DNA from: Terrimicrobiaceae bacterium
Lineage (GTDB): Bacteria > Verrucomicrobiota > Verrucomicrobiia > Chthoniobacterales > Terrimicrobiaceae
Direction: 5' to 3'
NCBI GenBank assembly: GCA_044369905.1
Contig: JBILWM010000003.1
Span: forward strand, 85-64,084
Length of the DNA: 64,000 nucleotides
Positions 26,879 through 36,139 of the stretch are shown here, piece by piece (the first letter of the stretch is position 1; each line of letters begins with the position of its first letter). The position numbers and the translations under genes are program-made. Below the pieces are notes generated by a model that was given only the letters and a program-made list of their open reading frames with translations, did not search any database and was not told the DNA's origin.

Positions 26879-27898
26879 TTATGGTTGGCTGGAGAGGTAG
26901 AGTGGAAGTGGATGTTCTACTGCGAGCGATCCGGGGTCGGCCCGGGTGTCTTGGAGGTCGTTTTTGTAATAAATGCCGACAACATAACCCGCGTAGGTGA
27001 AATCGGACTTGGCGGGAGGGGTGTAAACGGCGTTCAAAAGCTCGGGCTCGTTGTTGCTCCAATCCACCGGCGGGCTGATCCACTCGGTGAGGACCTCGGA
27101 GTTTGTGAGCTGAACCTGTCCGGTCTGATCGCGTTCGTAAAAGAAAACATGAACCGCCATTTTGCGCGGATCGATCGACTGGTTGGGGCGGGCCTTGATC
27201 GAAATGCGGAGGTTTTTTGCACCCTTGGGAGCGTCGCTCAAGCGGGTCTCGATGATTCCAAGACTCGCTCCGGGCTGGAGACCGAACTCGTCGCGCATAT
27301 CGGCCCCGGCCTCGCTGGCCACCACCGTGGGAACCGGCGTGCTCTCAGGCAGGCTGAGCATGGCGATTTTGCGTTGTGTCTGGGCGCGCGTTTCGGTGGG
27401 AAGTTCGGGAAGCTCGAGAACCTTTTTGTAGGACTCTGCAGCAGCCTGCATGTCTCCTTTTTTTTCGTAGAGCCGTCCGATCCGAAGCATGATGCCGGGG
27501 TCTCTGGGCAGAAGTTTGTCGGCCTCTTGGATCTTGGCCATGCCGGCGTCATAGTCGCCGATGCGGAAGGCTTTGTCGGAGTCATCGACCATTCGGCGGA
27601 TTCTTTCCATGAGGGCCTCGTCGAGTTGCTCAGCCGCCGTGGTTGGCAGTGGTGTGCTTTGAGGCTCAGGCTGTGGCGTCGGCAAGGGATTCGCTACAAT
27701 CTGGGGTGTTGGCTGGGGCGTTATTCTTTTGACGATGTCTTTTTGAAGCAGTGGGGCGTAGTGCAGGGCGACCAGACCAATTTGAACCACAAAAAAGAGG
27801 GTGAGCAATCCAGCGGCTACCCGGAATGTCGGCCCGGCAGGGACTCGGGGGATCGGTGATTGGGTGGATGGCTGGCTCATGGTGGAATCACAAAGCAA
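26879..27898 (-). CDS. membrane-anchored TPR protein
   Basis: N-terminal TM is FRVAAGLLTLFFVVQIGLVAL. TPR-like segments include MAKIQEADKLLPRDP and AAAESYKKVLELPE. Its stop abuts the start of the downstream kinase-like gene. Confidence 0.7.
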   Translation of the reverse strand: MLCDSTMSQPSTQSPIPRVPAGPTFRVAAGLLTLFFVVQIGLVALHYAPLLQKDIVKRITPQPTPQIVANPLPTPQPEPQSTPLPTTAAEQLDEALMERIRRMVDDSDKAFRIGDYDAGMAKIQEADKLLPRDPGIMLRIGRLYEKKGDMQAAAESYKKVLELPELPTETRAQTQRKIAMLSLPESTPVPTVVASEAGADMRDEFGLQPGASLGIIETRLSDAPKGAKNLRISIKARPNQSIDPRKMAVHVFFYERDQTGQVQLTNSEVLTEWISPPVDWSNNEPELLNAVYTPPAKSDFTYAGYVVGIYYKNDLQDTRADPGSLAVEHPLPLYLSSQP

Positions 27899-27995
27899 AT
27901 ACTCGCTCGTCCGTAAAAATCAAAGAGCTATTCCAACCAAAAACCGCGTTTTGTGGGCGACGGGGACTCAGTCGGGTTGAGTCCTGCCCGGCTTC

Positions 27996-28622
27996 TCATG
28001 AGTGGCTGGAGTCTTTTTTGCGCAGCAGGCAAAATGTTTCGCGCCCCTGTCGCTCGGGGTAGGTCGGCTGGGTCATGCTGATTTCGAGGATTTCAAAGTC
28101 CTTCCCAAAAAGCGCTTCAACTTCATCCAAGTCGCAACGAAATGGCGGGGAATTCAGATCGGGGTTTTCGGGATTTGTAAAAAACACAGCCAGCAGAACT
28201 CCGCCGCTGCGCAGCGCGGAGGTGGCTACTTTGGCATAGTCGACTCGGCGCCCGGGTAGAATGGCGCAAAAGCAGGTATGCTCGAAAATCACATCAAACG
28301 CCCCCGCTGGAACGGCATTTCCCGCCAAAAAATCCCCTTCCACATAGCATTCGTTGCCTGCTTTCGGAAATTCGCGCGCCAACTGTAGCGCGGAGGGGGC
28401 TATATCGATTCCCGTGACACGCGCTGCACCATGGGCCGCGACCGCACGCACATCGTGGCCGACCCCGCAACCGGGAACGAGCACGCTGCCGGTGAGTGGC
28501 TGGTTTTTCAATCTGGCAAGCAACGCGGGATGGGCGGCTCCTTTGTCCCAGGGCGTGTCTCCCGCGATATAGCGGGCATTCCAGTCAACGCCGCCGCCAG
28601 CGTGTGCCGAGTGAGATGCCAT
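27996..28622 (-). CDS. SAM-dependent methyltransferase, thiopurine-S-methyltransferase-like
   Basis: WNARYIAGDTPWD followed by SAM motif I VLVPGCGVGHDV. Start trimmed to ATG 28622. Confidence 0.75.
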   Translation of the reverse strand: MASHSAHAGGGVDWNARYIAGDTPWDKGAAHPALLARLKNQPLTGSVLVPGCGVGHDVRAVAAHGAARVTGIDIAPSALQLAREFPKAGNECYVEGDFLAGNAVPAGAFDVIFEHTCFCAILPGRRVDYAKVATSALRSGGVLLAVFFTNPENPDLNSPPFRCDLDEVEALFGKDFEILEISMTQPTYPERQGRETFCLLRKKDSSHS

Positions 28623-29328
28623 ATTGGAATTTTCGGGAGTGTTCACGAATGAGGAAAGGAAGGTCTTTGGTGAATTCCAGTTCGAAGGCGGGGCGCAGCA
28701 GGTCGGCGAGGATTTCCTGTGATGGCGCCGCGTCCTCCGTGCCTCCGAGCCAGTTTTCTTCAGGAGTGAACTCCGGCAGCCAGGAAAAAGGCGTCGCCAG
28801 CAGGAGTTGGCCGCCCGGAGCGACAAGATTCGCCAACCTCTCGATGAAGCACAGCGGCTCGGGAAGTCGGCAAACAAGATTCGCTACCAGAACCACATCG
28901 AATGCACCCAAGTCGCTTCGCAGGTTCATGGCATCCCCCGTTTCAAAAGCAACTCGTCGGCGATCTATCTCCTCTGGCACGCGGGCCGCGAATTTTTGCA
29001 TCCGCTTGCCTTCAAAAGCGACCGAGGCTTCGAGGGTGCCCGTCATTTTCAATTCCTCCGCAGCCCGAATGAAGGCGCTGGAGAAATCAATGCCCGTCAC
29101 CTTGGGAATCAATCGAGCCAATTCGAAGGATGAAGCCCCCACCGCGCAGCCGATGTCCAAGGCCCTTTCGGCAGCCTCGGAGGTGTCGAGAAGCTCGCTC
29201 ACCACCCTCGTGGGAAACCCCCAAGCCTCGCGCGGAACCGGTAGTGTTCCCGCCGCCTCGGCCAATGTGGCGTAGTGAAAGAACAGATACTCATCAACCA
29301 ATCGCCGGGACTCGTAGGGATTCGACAT
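28585..29328 (-). CDS. SAM-dependent methyltransferase resembling the OvoA C-terminal (putative 4-mercaptohistidine N1-methyltransferase) family
   Basis: N-terminal MSNPYESRRLVDEYLFFHY and motif I ALDIGCAVGASSFELA. The family assignment is from memory of standalone OvoA_Cterm-like proteins. It overlaps the downstream methyltransferase by 38 nt. Confidence 0.6.
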   Translation of the reverse strand: MSNPYESRRLVDEYLFFHYATLAEAAGTLPVPREAWGFPTRVVSELLDTSEAAERALDIGCAVGASSFELARLIPKVTGIDFSSAFIRAAEELKMTGTLEASVAFEGKRMQKFAARVPEEIDRRRVAFETGDAMNLRSDLGAFDVVLVANLVCRLPEPLCFIERLANLVAPGGQLLLATPFSWLPEFTPEENWLGGTEDAAPSQEILADLLRPAFELEFTKDLPFLIREHSRKFQYGISLGTRWRRR

Positions 29329-29415
29329 TCCTGACCTCTACCACTCTCCGCCCACCTTCGGAAACAGCAATCCCGGCTTGGACAAACCACCCCGCACTCT
29401 GATACATCCCCCCAC

Positions 29416-30951
29416 ATGCTTACTCGCGTGTTCTCAGCCGCGCTGCAGGGAGTCGAAGCCATCCAGGTGGAGGTGGAGGTCAATACCGGTTCCGGCAACC
29501 CGGTGGTGATTGTCGTTGGACTTCCCGATGCCGCCGTGCGCGAGAGCAAGGACCGCGTCACCACAGCCATTTCCAACAGCGGTTTCCGCTGGCCTCGCGA
29601 GCGGACGACCATAAACCTCGCTCCGGCCGATATCAAAAAAGAAGGCCCGAGCTTCGATCTGCCTATTGCCGTTGGTATGGTCGCCGCAGCCGAACGCGCC
29701 GAGTTGCCGCGACTCGAGCGCTGCTTTGTAATCGGCGAACTCGCGCTCACCGGCGAGATTCGCCCAATCAAAGGCGCCCTGCCTATCGCGGTGGCCGCAC
29801 GCGACCAAGGAATGAAGGCCGTGATTCTCCCAGCAGCGAATGCCGCCGAGGCCGCAATCGTCGAAGGCATCGAAGTCTATGGCGTCAAAAATCTCCGCGA
29901 GGCCTACGAGTTCCTCTCCCGCAAAAAAGAACTCACCCCCGTGCGAGGAAGTGCCGCCGAGCGCCTCACAGCGGGCTCGTCCGATGATGTCGATTTTTCC
30001 GAGGTGAAAGGCCAGCATCAGGTCAAGCGCGCCATCGAGGTTGCCATGGCTGGTGGACACAATCTCCTGCTGATCGGACCGCCCGGTTCCGGCAAGAGCA
30101 TGCTGGCGAAGCGGATTCCCACGATCATTCCGCCGATGACTTTGGATGAGGCGATCGAAACCACCAAAATCCACAGCATTTGCGGTCTCCTCGACGAGTC
30201 GAACGCCTTCGTCTCCAAACGCCCCTTTCGCTCGCCGCACCACACCATCAGCGATATCGGGCTCCTCGGCGGATCCACAAACCCCACGCCGGGCGAGGTC
30301 AGCATTGCCCACAACGGCGTCCTCTTCCTCGATGAATTGCCGGAATTCAAACGCTCCACGCTCGAGGTCATGCGCCAACCGATCGAGGACGGCAAGGTGA
30401 CCATATCCCGCGCCGCTGGAACCATGACATTTCCCGCTGAATTCATTCTCATCGCCGCGATGAATCCCTGCCCGTGTGGATTCCACGGCGACCCGCAGCG
30501 CGAGTGCCGTTGCTCCAGTGTCCAGATCGAGCGCTACCGCAACCGCATTTCCGGTCCGCTCCTTGATCGCATCGACATCCATGTCGAAGCGCCTGCCGTG
30601 GCCTTCAAGGAACTCTCCGGCGGCGGTTCGGCTGAACCTTCCTCTTCTATCCTCGAGCGCGTTTTGAGTGCCCGCGCCATCCAAAAAACGCGTTTCACCG
30701 GCGAAAGAAAAACCGCCTCCAACGCCCGCATGTCGCACAGCCAGATCAAAAAATTCTGCGCCATCGACGATGCCTCCCTCGAAATGCTTCGCCACGCCAT
30801 GGAGGATCTCCACCTCAGCGCCCGCGCCTACGATCGCATCCTCAAAGTCTCCCGCACCATCGCCGACCTCGCCTCCAGCGAACGCATCACTCCCGACCAT
30901 ATCGGCGAGGCCATCCAATACCGGACCCTCGACCGCAGGCTCTGGGTCTGA
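29416..30951 (+). CDS. comM: Mg-chelatase-family ATPase ComM/YifB
   Basis: N-terminal Lon-like domain, Walker [25 protein letters not shown], and C-terminal [19 protein letters not shown]. Confidence 0.92.
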   Translation: MLTRVFSAALQGVEAIQVEVEVNTGSGNPVVIVVGLPDAAVRESKDRVTTAISNSGFRWPRERTTINLAPADIKKEGPSFDLPIAVGMVAAAERAELPRLERCFVIGELALTGEIRPIKGALPIAVAARDQGMKAVILPAANAAEAAIVEGIEVYGVKNLREAYEFLSRKKELTPVRGSAAERLTAGSSDDVDFSEVKGQHQVKRAIEVAMAGGHNLLLIGPPGSGKSMLAKRIPTIIPPMTLDEAIETTKIHSICGLLDESNAFVSKRPFRSPHHTISDIGLLGGSTNPTPGEVSIAHNGVLFLDELPEFKRSTLEVMRQPIEDGKVTISRAAGTMTFPAEFILIAAMNPCPCGFHGDPQRECRCSSVQIERYRNRISGPLLDRIDIHVEAPAVAFKELSGGGSAEPSSSILERVLSARAIQKTRFTGERKTASNARMSHSQIKKFCAIDDASLEMLRHAMEDLHLSARAYDRILKVSRTIADLASSERITPDHIGEAIQYRTLDRRLWV

Positions 30952-31435
30952 AAAAAAGGGGGGCAAGCTCGCTGGTGGCCAGCCACGCCTCCTGCCTCCG
31001 CAACCGAGACGGTCGCGCTCCCCTCTTTCGCGCGGTAGCGAGCTCGTTGGACTTGGAGGGACATCCTCCGGCATGGCCCATTTCTCTCGGTCGGCGAGGC
31101 AGCCTGTCGGTGACGGACCATGTCCTTCTCTTCGAGTTCCCGCGTGGCAGGTCCCCCCTCCCAGGGCGCGCCGTTGCCGAGCGACGAATTCTTCTACAGG
31201 AGGGGTGCTGGTCGGTAACTTTGCCATGTAGCATTTCACTATTGGCGTAATGCTATCAGTATTAAAAATCCACTTCAGCACGGCGTTGTGGTTTCGGGGG
31301 AGGATTTTTGTGCAATATCACTTTTTCAGCCCCTTTTTTCGAACATGGCTACTGTCCATGGGGCCTGCGGCGTAAAAACAGGAGGGCAGCGTTTCTGGAG
31401 TTTGTCGCGCGGGTTTTTACGAGGGCGTGGAAAGC

Positions 31436-31472
31436 AAAAAGCGGATGCCTCCTTTTGGTGGCATCCGCTTTT
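31436..31472. terminator. rho-independent terminator hairpin (bidirectional form) downstream of greA
   Basis: AAAAA-GCGGATGCC-(10-nt loop)-GGCATCCGC-TTTT, lying 18 nt past the greA stop. Confidence 0.6.
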
Positions 31473-31489
31473 GAGTGTTGAATCAACTT

Positions 31490-33376
31490 TTAGCCGGCGA
31501 TGGCCATTCCGGCTGGGATGACATGGACCTTGGAGCGGAGGAGGTCGAGGTCGGCGAAGGGTTTGATGGCTTCGATTGTCACCTTGCGTGTGCCGTTTTC
31601 AGCGGGGAGTTCGATGCTGGATCCCGTGGCGGCGCCGAGGAGGGCTTGGCCGACGCCGGCTTTGTAGGAGACGATGCCGAGGTCGGGGGCGCTGTCCCAT
31701 GCTCCGAGGATGCTGAAGGTTTCGCTGGCTCCGTCTTCGTTTTTAATGGTGACGACGGTTCCGATGGAGACCTGTGCGGTGGCGGGGTTCTCGAAGTTGG
31801 TGCCACGGGCGGTGGCGAGGTCGCGCTCCATCTCGACGCGGCGGCGTTGGAGGACACGCTGGTGTTCCTTGGCGGCTTTGAATCCGGCGTTTTCGCGGAG
31901 ATCGCCTTGTTCCTTGGCGATGTTGATGTCGCGGAGGTTTTGCGGGATTTCCTTGGTGATGAGATTGTCGAGCTCGGCTTTGCGTTTTTCGAGGCTGGCC
32001 CAGGAGACAATGAGGTTGTCGGCCTTCTCGTCGTCCTGGTGGGCGCCGGTGATCATGCTCTGTGTGTCAGGGTAGAGCTTGACGATGCGGGCCATGAGTG
32101 AGCGCTTGGAGAGGTCCTCAATGGCCGGGGTGAGCATGAGCTTGCGCATCGAGTCGCGAACGACATCGCGGCTGGCTCCGATGAGGAGGTCGCCGATGAG
32201 GTCGCCGTCGTCGATGAGGAGATCTTTGAGGCGCGAGGTGCGTTTTTCGGCAAGGAGATCGGCCTCGAGCGCACTGAAAACGGCGGCGAGAAGCTCGGCG
32301 TTGAAGAGGGCCGGGAAGCGTTTGTCGCGCTCTTTGCAGAGCCAGATGAGCATCTCGGAGGAAATCGAGCGCTCGCTGATCCATTTCTCTACGGTGGCTT
32401 GGAATTGCTCCTTGCGCTTGTGTTTTTCAAACAGGCGGCAGATGTCCGAGATCAGGCGGGCGCCTGCGTTAGGAAGAAGAGCGATGGCCTTGTCGCCCCA
32501 GGCTTCGCCGAACGCGGGTTCGAGGGCTTCGAGCACGCGTTTTTCCTTCGAGCCGGGGACGGATTCCAGAATTTGACCGAGTTTTCCGGGTTCGCAAGCG
32601 ATGATGTTGGCGATGGTGGGCGCCTCGGCACCGGCTTGGAGGTTGGAGAATTTTTCGAGCAGGTCGTCGCGGGCGATGAGAATCTCGATGGCCTGCGAGG
32701 GATTGAGACGGCGGGCGCGCAGGGCGGCCTCTTCGATGAGTGTGACGATGGCTGGGAGTTCATCTTGGCTGCCTGCGAGGTCGTCGAGGGATTTCGAAAT
32801 CTCCTCCAGCGCGAGAACTTGATCGCGTGTGTGGCGGGCGGCGCGGAAGGCGTCCAAGAGACGGGTGCCCGAATTGATGGGCGTCTCCAGCAGCACGAAC
32901 GGATCGGTTTTTTTGGCCGGCATGCCGAATTGGCCATCGGACTTCATTTTTTTGCGGGCGGCATCCCACCAGCGTTTGAAGCCGGCTGCGTCGAACACTC
33001 CCGGGGTCAGCGCGGAAGCGATTTGTTCGGACGAAGCTTTGCCGCCGAAGTCGGCGAGAATTTTTTTGACCAGTGCGGAGGAGTCGGATTTCGCGAGTTC
33101 GCGAAGGCTTTCCGGATTGGTCTCGCGCTGGGCAAGGATATGGTCCTCGGGGATCGGTGTGAGGGTTTCCGCTGCATACACGGCCTGCATCGGATGGTTT
33201 TTCTTGGTCTTGAAATCAATCAGGACTTGGCCGGCGATGAGGTTCCATTCCGCGACACGTCCGAAGCCCCAGCTCTTGTGGGTGCAGTAGGATCCGGGCG
33301 TGAGGCGGGCGAGCCTGTCGGCGGTTTTTTTATCGAGGGCGCCGCTATCAACGGCTTGGGCGAGTTCATCTGTCAT
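31490..33376 (-). CDS. greA: long-form transcription elongation factor GreA (large N-terminal extension)
   Basis: The C-terminal 160 aa carry GreA motifs (GDLRENAGFKAAKEHQ, VSIGTVVTI, IVSYKAGVGQALLG). They are preceded by a 470-aa extension. Start trimmed to ATG 33376. Confidence 0.8.
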   Translation of the reverse strand: MTDELAQAVDSGALDKKTADRLARLTPGSYCTHKSWGFGRVAEWNLIAGQVLIDFKTKKNHPMQAVYAAETLTPIPEDHILAQRETNPESLRELAKSDSSALVKKILADFGGKASSEQIASALTPGVFDAAGFKRWWDAARKKMKSDGQFGMPAKKTDPFVLLETPINSGTRLLDAFRAARHTRDQVLALEEISKSLDDLAGSQDELPAIVTLIEEAALRARRLNPSQAIEILIARDDLLEKFSNLQAGAEAPTIANIIACEPGKLGQILESVPGSKEKRVLEALEPAFGEAWGDKAIALLPNAGARLISDICRLFEKHKRKEQFQATVEKWISERSISSEMLIWLCKERDKRFPALFNAELLAAVFSALEADLLAEKRTSRLKDLLIDDGDLIGDLLIGASRDVVRDSMRKLMLTPAIEDLSKRSLMARIVKLYPDTQSMITGAHQDDEKADNLIVSWASLEKRKAELDNLITKEIPQNLRDINIAKEQGDLRENAGFKAAKEHQRVLQRRRVEMERDLATARGTNFENPATAQVSIGTVVTIKNEDGASETFSILGAWDSAPDLGIVSYKAGVGQALLGAATGSSIELPAENGTRKVTIEAIKPFADLDLLRSKVHVIPAGMAIAG

Positions 33377-33488
33377 CCCCTCTGTTGTCACAGAAAAACC
33401 CCTATTGATGCAAGGGGAAGAAACGGAGGCTCGTTGAGGGTGAAGTTTTCCCTTGCGGGTTCGGGCGGTCGCGGCAATGTCTGCGGCC

Positions 33489-34103
33489 ATGAGCAAAACT
33501 GAGGAACAGGTGTTGGTGGTGAAACGGGAATTCTTTGACGGCCTGGGGAGCTTTCAAGGCCTATGCCGGAGGGTGGATGACTACCTGCCTGCGTTTATGA
33601 AGAAGGAGAACAACTTCTTCGTTCCGCGCGGCGCGGCAGAGGAAGATCCCTCGCTTAAGCAGATCATTCCTTACGCGGTGTTCCGGCATGGCGGGCGCAT
33701 CTTGCATTACACGCGTGGTGCGAAATCCGGCGAGAAGCGCCTCGTGGCGAAGTCCTCGATCGGTATTGGCGGCCATGTGAATGACACGGATGAGTGCCAG
33801 CATTTCGATCAAGCGACTTATCACAATGCCGTGAAGCGCGAGATCAGCGAGGAATTGCGGCTCGGCGGTGGCTTCACCGAGCGGGCGGTGGCTTTGATCA
33901 ATGACGATTCCAGCGAGGTCGGCCGCGTGCATCTCGGCATCGTGCATATTGTGGATTTGGAAAATGACAGTGTGAGTGCCGGCGAGAAGGCGATTGCCGA
34001 GTTGGGGTTTGCCACCCGTGCGGAGTTGCTGGCGCGGCGCGAGACATTTGAGACCTGGTCGCAGATCGTGCTCGACGGGTTGGATGAACTCGACACCTTT
34101 TAG
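33489..34103 (+). CDS. NUDIX-family hydrolase
   Basis: Nudix-box-like GIGGHVNDTDE...AVKREISEELRLGG. Start trimmed to ATG 33489. Confidence 0.65.
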   Translation: MSKTEEQVLVVKREFFDGLGSFQGLCRRVDDYLPAFMKKENNFFVPRGAAEEDPSLKQIIPYAVFRHGGRILHYTRGAKSGEKRLVAKSSIGIGGHVNDTDECQHFDQATYHNAVKREISEELRLGGGFTERAVALINDDSSEVGRVHLGIVHIVDLENDSVSAGEKAIAELGFATRAELLARRETFETWSQIVLDGLDELDTF

Positions 34104-34136
34104 CCTGCGCCCTTGCATGGTGGGACGGGGTTTCGC

Positions 34137-35120
34137 ATGATTTCCAGCATGGATTATTTGAAGCTGGCGCGTCGCGTTTTTGAGATCGAGCTTTCCGAGA
34201 TCGAGGCCACGGCCGCGCGCTTGGATGGTCAGTTTGTGGCGGCCGTCGATCTCATCAAGGCAGCCGTGGAGCGGCGGAACAAAGTCGTCGTTCTGGGGGT
34301 TGGCAAATCCGGGCACATCGGTGAAAAAATCGCGGCCACGCTCACCAGCACGGGCAGCACAGCGGTCGTCCTGAATTCGCTGAATGCCCTGCATGGCGAC
34401 CTCGGCATCGTTGCCGACGGGGATGTCGTGCTGGCACTGAGCTACAGCGGGGAGACGCAGGAGTTGCTCGCCGTGCTTCCGGCCATCGTCCGCTTCGGGT
34501 TGCCGATCATCGCAATCACGGGAGATAAAAGCTCCTCCCTCGCAAAAGCCGCGCAGGTCGTGCTGGATGTTTCCGTAACTCAAGAGGCGTGTCCTTTGAA
34601 TCTCGCTCCCACCTCGAGCACGACGGCCATGCTGGTGCTCGGTGATGCGTTGGCGATGGTGCTGCTCGAGAGCAGAGGATTCCAAAAAGAGGATTTCGCC
34701 AAGTTTCATCCAGGGGGGAGTCTTGGGCGTTCGTTGCTTTTGCGGGTCAATCAAATCATGCGTCCGGTTTCGGAGATGGCGGTCATCTCGCCGGAGACGC
34801 CGATTGTGGAGGCCATTCAGACCATGACATCCAAACGGGCTGGCGCTGCTGTGGTTATTCATCCCGACGGCACGCTTGCTGGCATCTTCACCCATGGCGA
34901 CTTCGCGAGGCATTTTCCCGACAACCCCGGCATAGGCTCGGCTCCTGTGGGGGATTTCATGAGCTTGCGTCCGGTGACGGTGGATGGTGACAAACTCGCC
35001 GCCGAGGCTCTTCAGATTCTTGAGCGCCACCGCATTGACGATCTCGTGGTGCTCGATGAACGGCGGCATCCGATCGGCGTTGTTGACTCGCAGGACCTCA
35101 CGCGTCTCAAGATCCTTTGA
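34137..35120 (+). CDS. kpsF: arabinose-5-phosphate isomerase (KpsF/GutQ family; SIS + CBS pair)
   Basis: SIS motif VVVLGVGKSGHIGEKIAATLTSTGS and a C-terminal tandem CBS pair. Confidence 0.88.
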   Translation: MISSMDYLKLARRVFEIELSEIEATAARLDGQFVAAVDLIKAAVERRNKVVVLGVGKSGHIGEKIAATLTSTGSTAVVLNSLNALHGDLGIVADGDVVLALSYSGETQELLAVLPAIVRFGLPIIAITGDKSSSLAKAAQVVLDVSVTQEACPLNLAPTSSTTAMLVLGDALAMVLLESRGFQKEDFAKFHPGGSLGRSLLLRVNQIMRPVSEMAVISPETPIVEAIQTMTSKRAGAAVVIHPDGTLAGIFTHGDFARHFPDNPGIGSAPVGDFMSLRPVTVDGDKLAAEALQILERHRIDDLVVLDERRHPIGVVDSQDLTRLKIL

Positions 35121-35686
35121 TTCTCGCCTTCCACAAACCCTACGGCGTCCTCTCGCAGTTCACGCCGGATGGCAGCGCGAACCTTCCGCTGGCGGAGTTT
35201 GGATTTCCGAAGGGGGTTTATCCGATTGGGCGTCTCGATGCGGATTCCGAGGGCCTGTTGCTACTCTCGGACGAGGCGCGTTGGAATGAGCGTTTGCTCT
35301 CGCCCGCCAATCATGTGGAGAAAACCTACCATGTGCTTGTCGAACGCTTGCCCGACGAATCGGGTCTGCGGCAACTGCGCGACGGCGTCGTGCTTGACGG
35401 CAAGCCCACGCTTCCGGCGGGGGCCCGGGTTTTGGATCCGCAGCCGGAATTTCCACCGCGCGATCCGCCTGTGCGCTTTCGAAAAAATGTGCGGGATGTC
35501 TGGATCGAACTGCGCCTGCGCGAGGGGCGTAATAGACAGGTGCGGCGGATGACGGCTGCGGTCGGGCATCCCACGCTGCGGTTGATCCGCGTGGCGATTG
35601 GGGGAGTCTCGCTCGGGAGTTTGGTTTGTGGAAGTTGGCGGGAGTTGACGGCCGGGGAAGTTCAGATGCTGACGACCGGATCGTGA
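35117..35686 (+). CDS. RsuA/RluE-family pseudouridine synthase
   Basis: Catalytic-Asp motif GRLDADSEGLLLLSDE, and RNRQVRRM. The TTG start overlaps the kpsF stop as TTGA. Confidence 0.85.
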   Translation: MILAFHKPYGVLSQFTPDGSANLPLAEFGFPKGVYPIGRLDADSEGLLLLSDEARWNERLLSPANHVEKTYHVLVERLPDESGLRQLRDGVVLDGKPTLPAGARVLDPQPEFPPRDPPVRFRKNVRDVWIELRLREGRNRQVRRMTAAVGHPTLRLIRVAIGGVSLGSLVCGSWRELTAGEVQMLTTGS

Positions 35687-35754
35687 GAGACGCCGCTTCG
35701 CGGCTGAGAAGTGGGGCATGCGAGACGATGCCCCTCCCGGATTTACGAATCGCG

Positions 35755-36129
35755 CTATTTCGGAGGTAGAAGCTTCAACTGGGACGCCTTAGTCACCTTG
35801 ATTTGTGTCTTGGCCTTGTAGGCTTCGAGGATTCCGCGCACTTCCACTCGTTGGCCTTTGTATTGTTCGAGATCGCCGATTGATTTGTAGGCCGCTGGAA
35901 AGATGGCCGCCACGAATCCGTGTTGGCGATCTGTGGTGAAATCCAGGAACCGGATTTTGTCGGCGTCGCTTTTGCCTACGGACAGGACCTTTCCCTCGAC
36001 GGCGACTTCTTTTCCGATGGATGCGAGAAGTTTCTCCGTCTTGCGGGCGTCGATGGAGGGAGTTTTGTCGGCGAGCGCCGTGTGGCAGACCGCCAGCGTC
36101 AGGAAAATCGGGACAAGAAACCGCCTCAT
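35755..36129 (-). CDS. secreted OB-fold-like hypothetical protein
   Basis: Signal peptide FLVPIFLTLAVCHTALA. It starts 10 nt downstream of the CheY-like pseudogene. Confidence 0.55.
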   Translation of the reverse strand: MRRFLVPIFLTLAVCHTALADKTPSIDARKTEKLLASIGKEVAVEGKVLSVGKSDADKIRFLDFTTDRQHGFVAAIFPAAYKSIGDLEQYKGQRVEVRGILEAYKAKTQIKVTKASQLKLLPPK

Positions 36130-36139
36130 TCGCTGAATG

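Noticed and set aside
29434-31281. 615-aa minus-strand ORF
   Set aside because: Antisense shadow of comM with low-complexity Gly/Arg/Ala content.
31475-33502. plus-strand ORFs of 208 and 367 aa opposite greA
   Set aside because: Gly/Asp/Glu/Ala-rich shadow frames of the long greA gene.
33561-35069. 502-aa minus-strand ORF
   Set aside because: Antisense to the NUDIX and kpsF genes, both of which have clear motifs.
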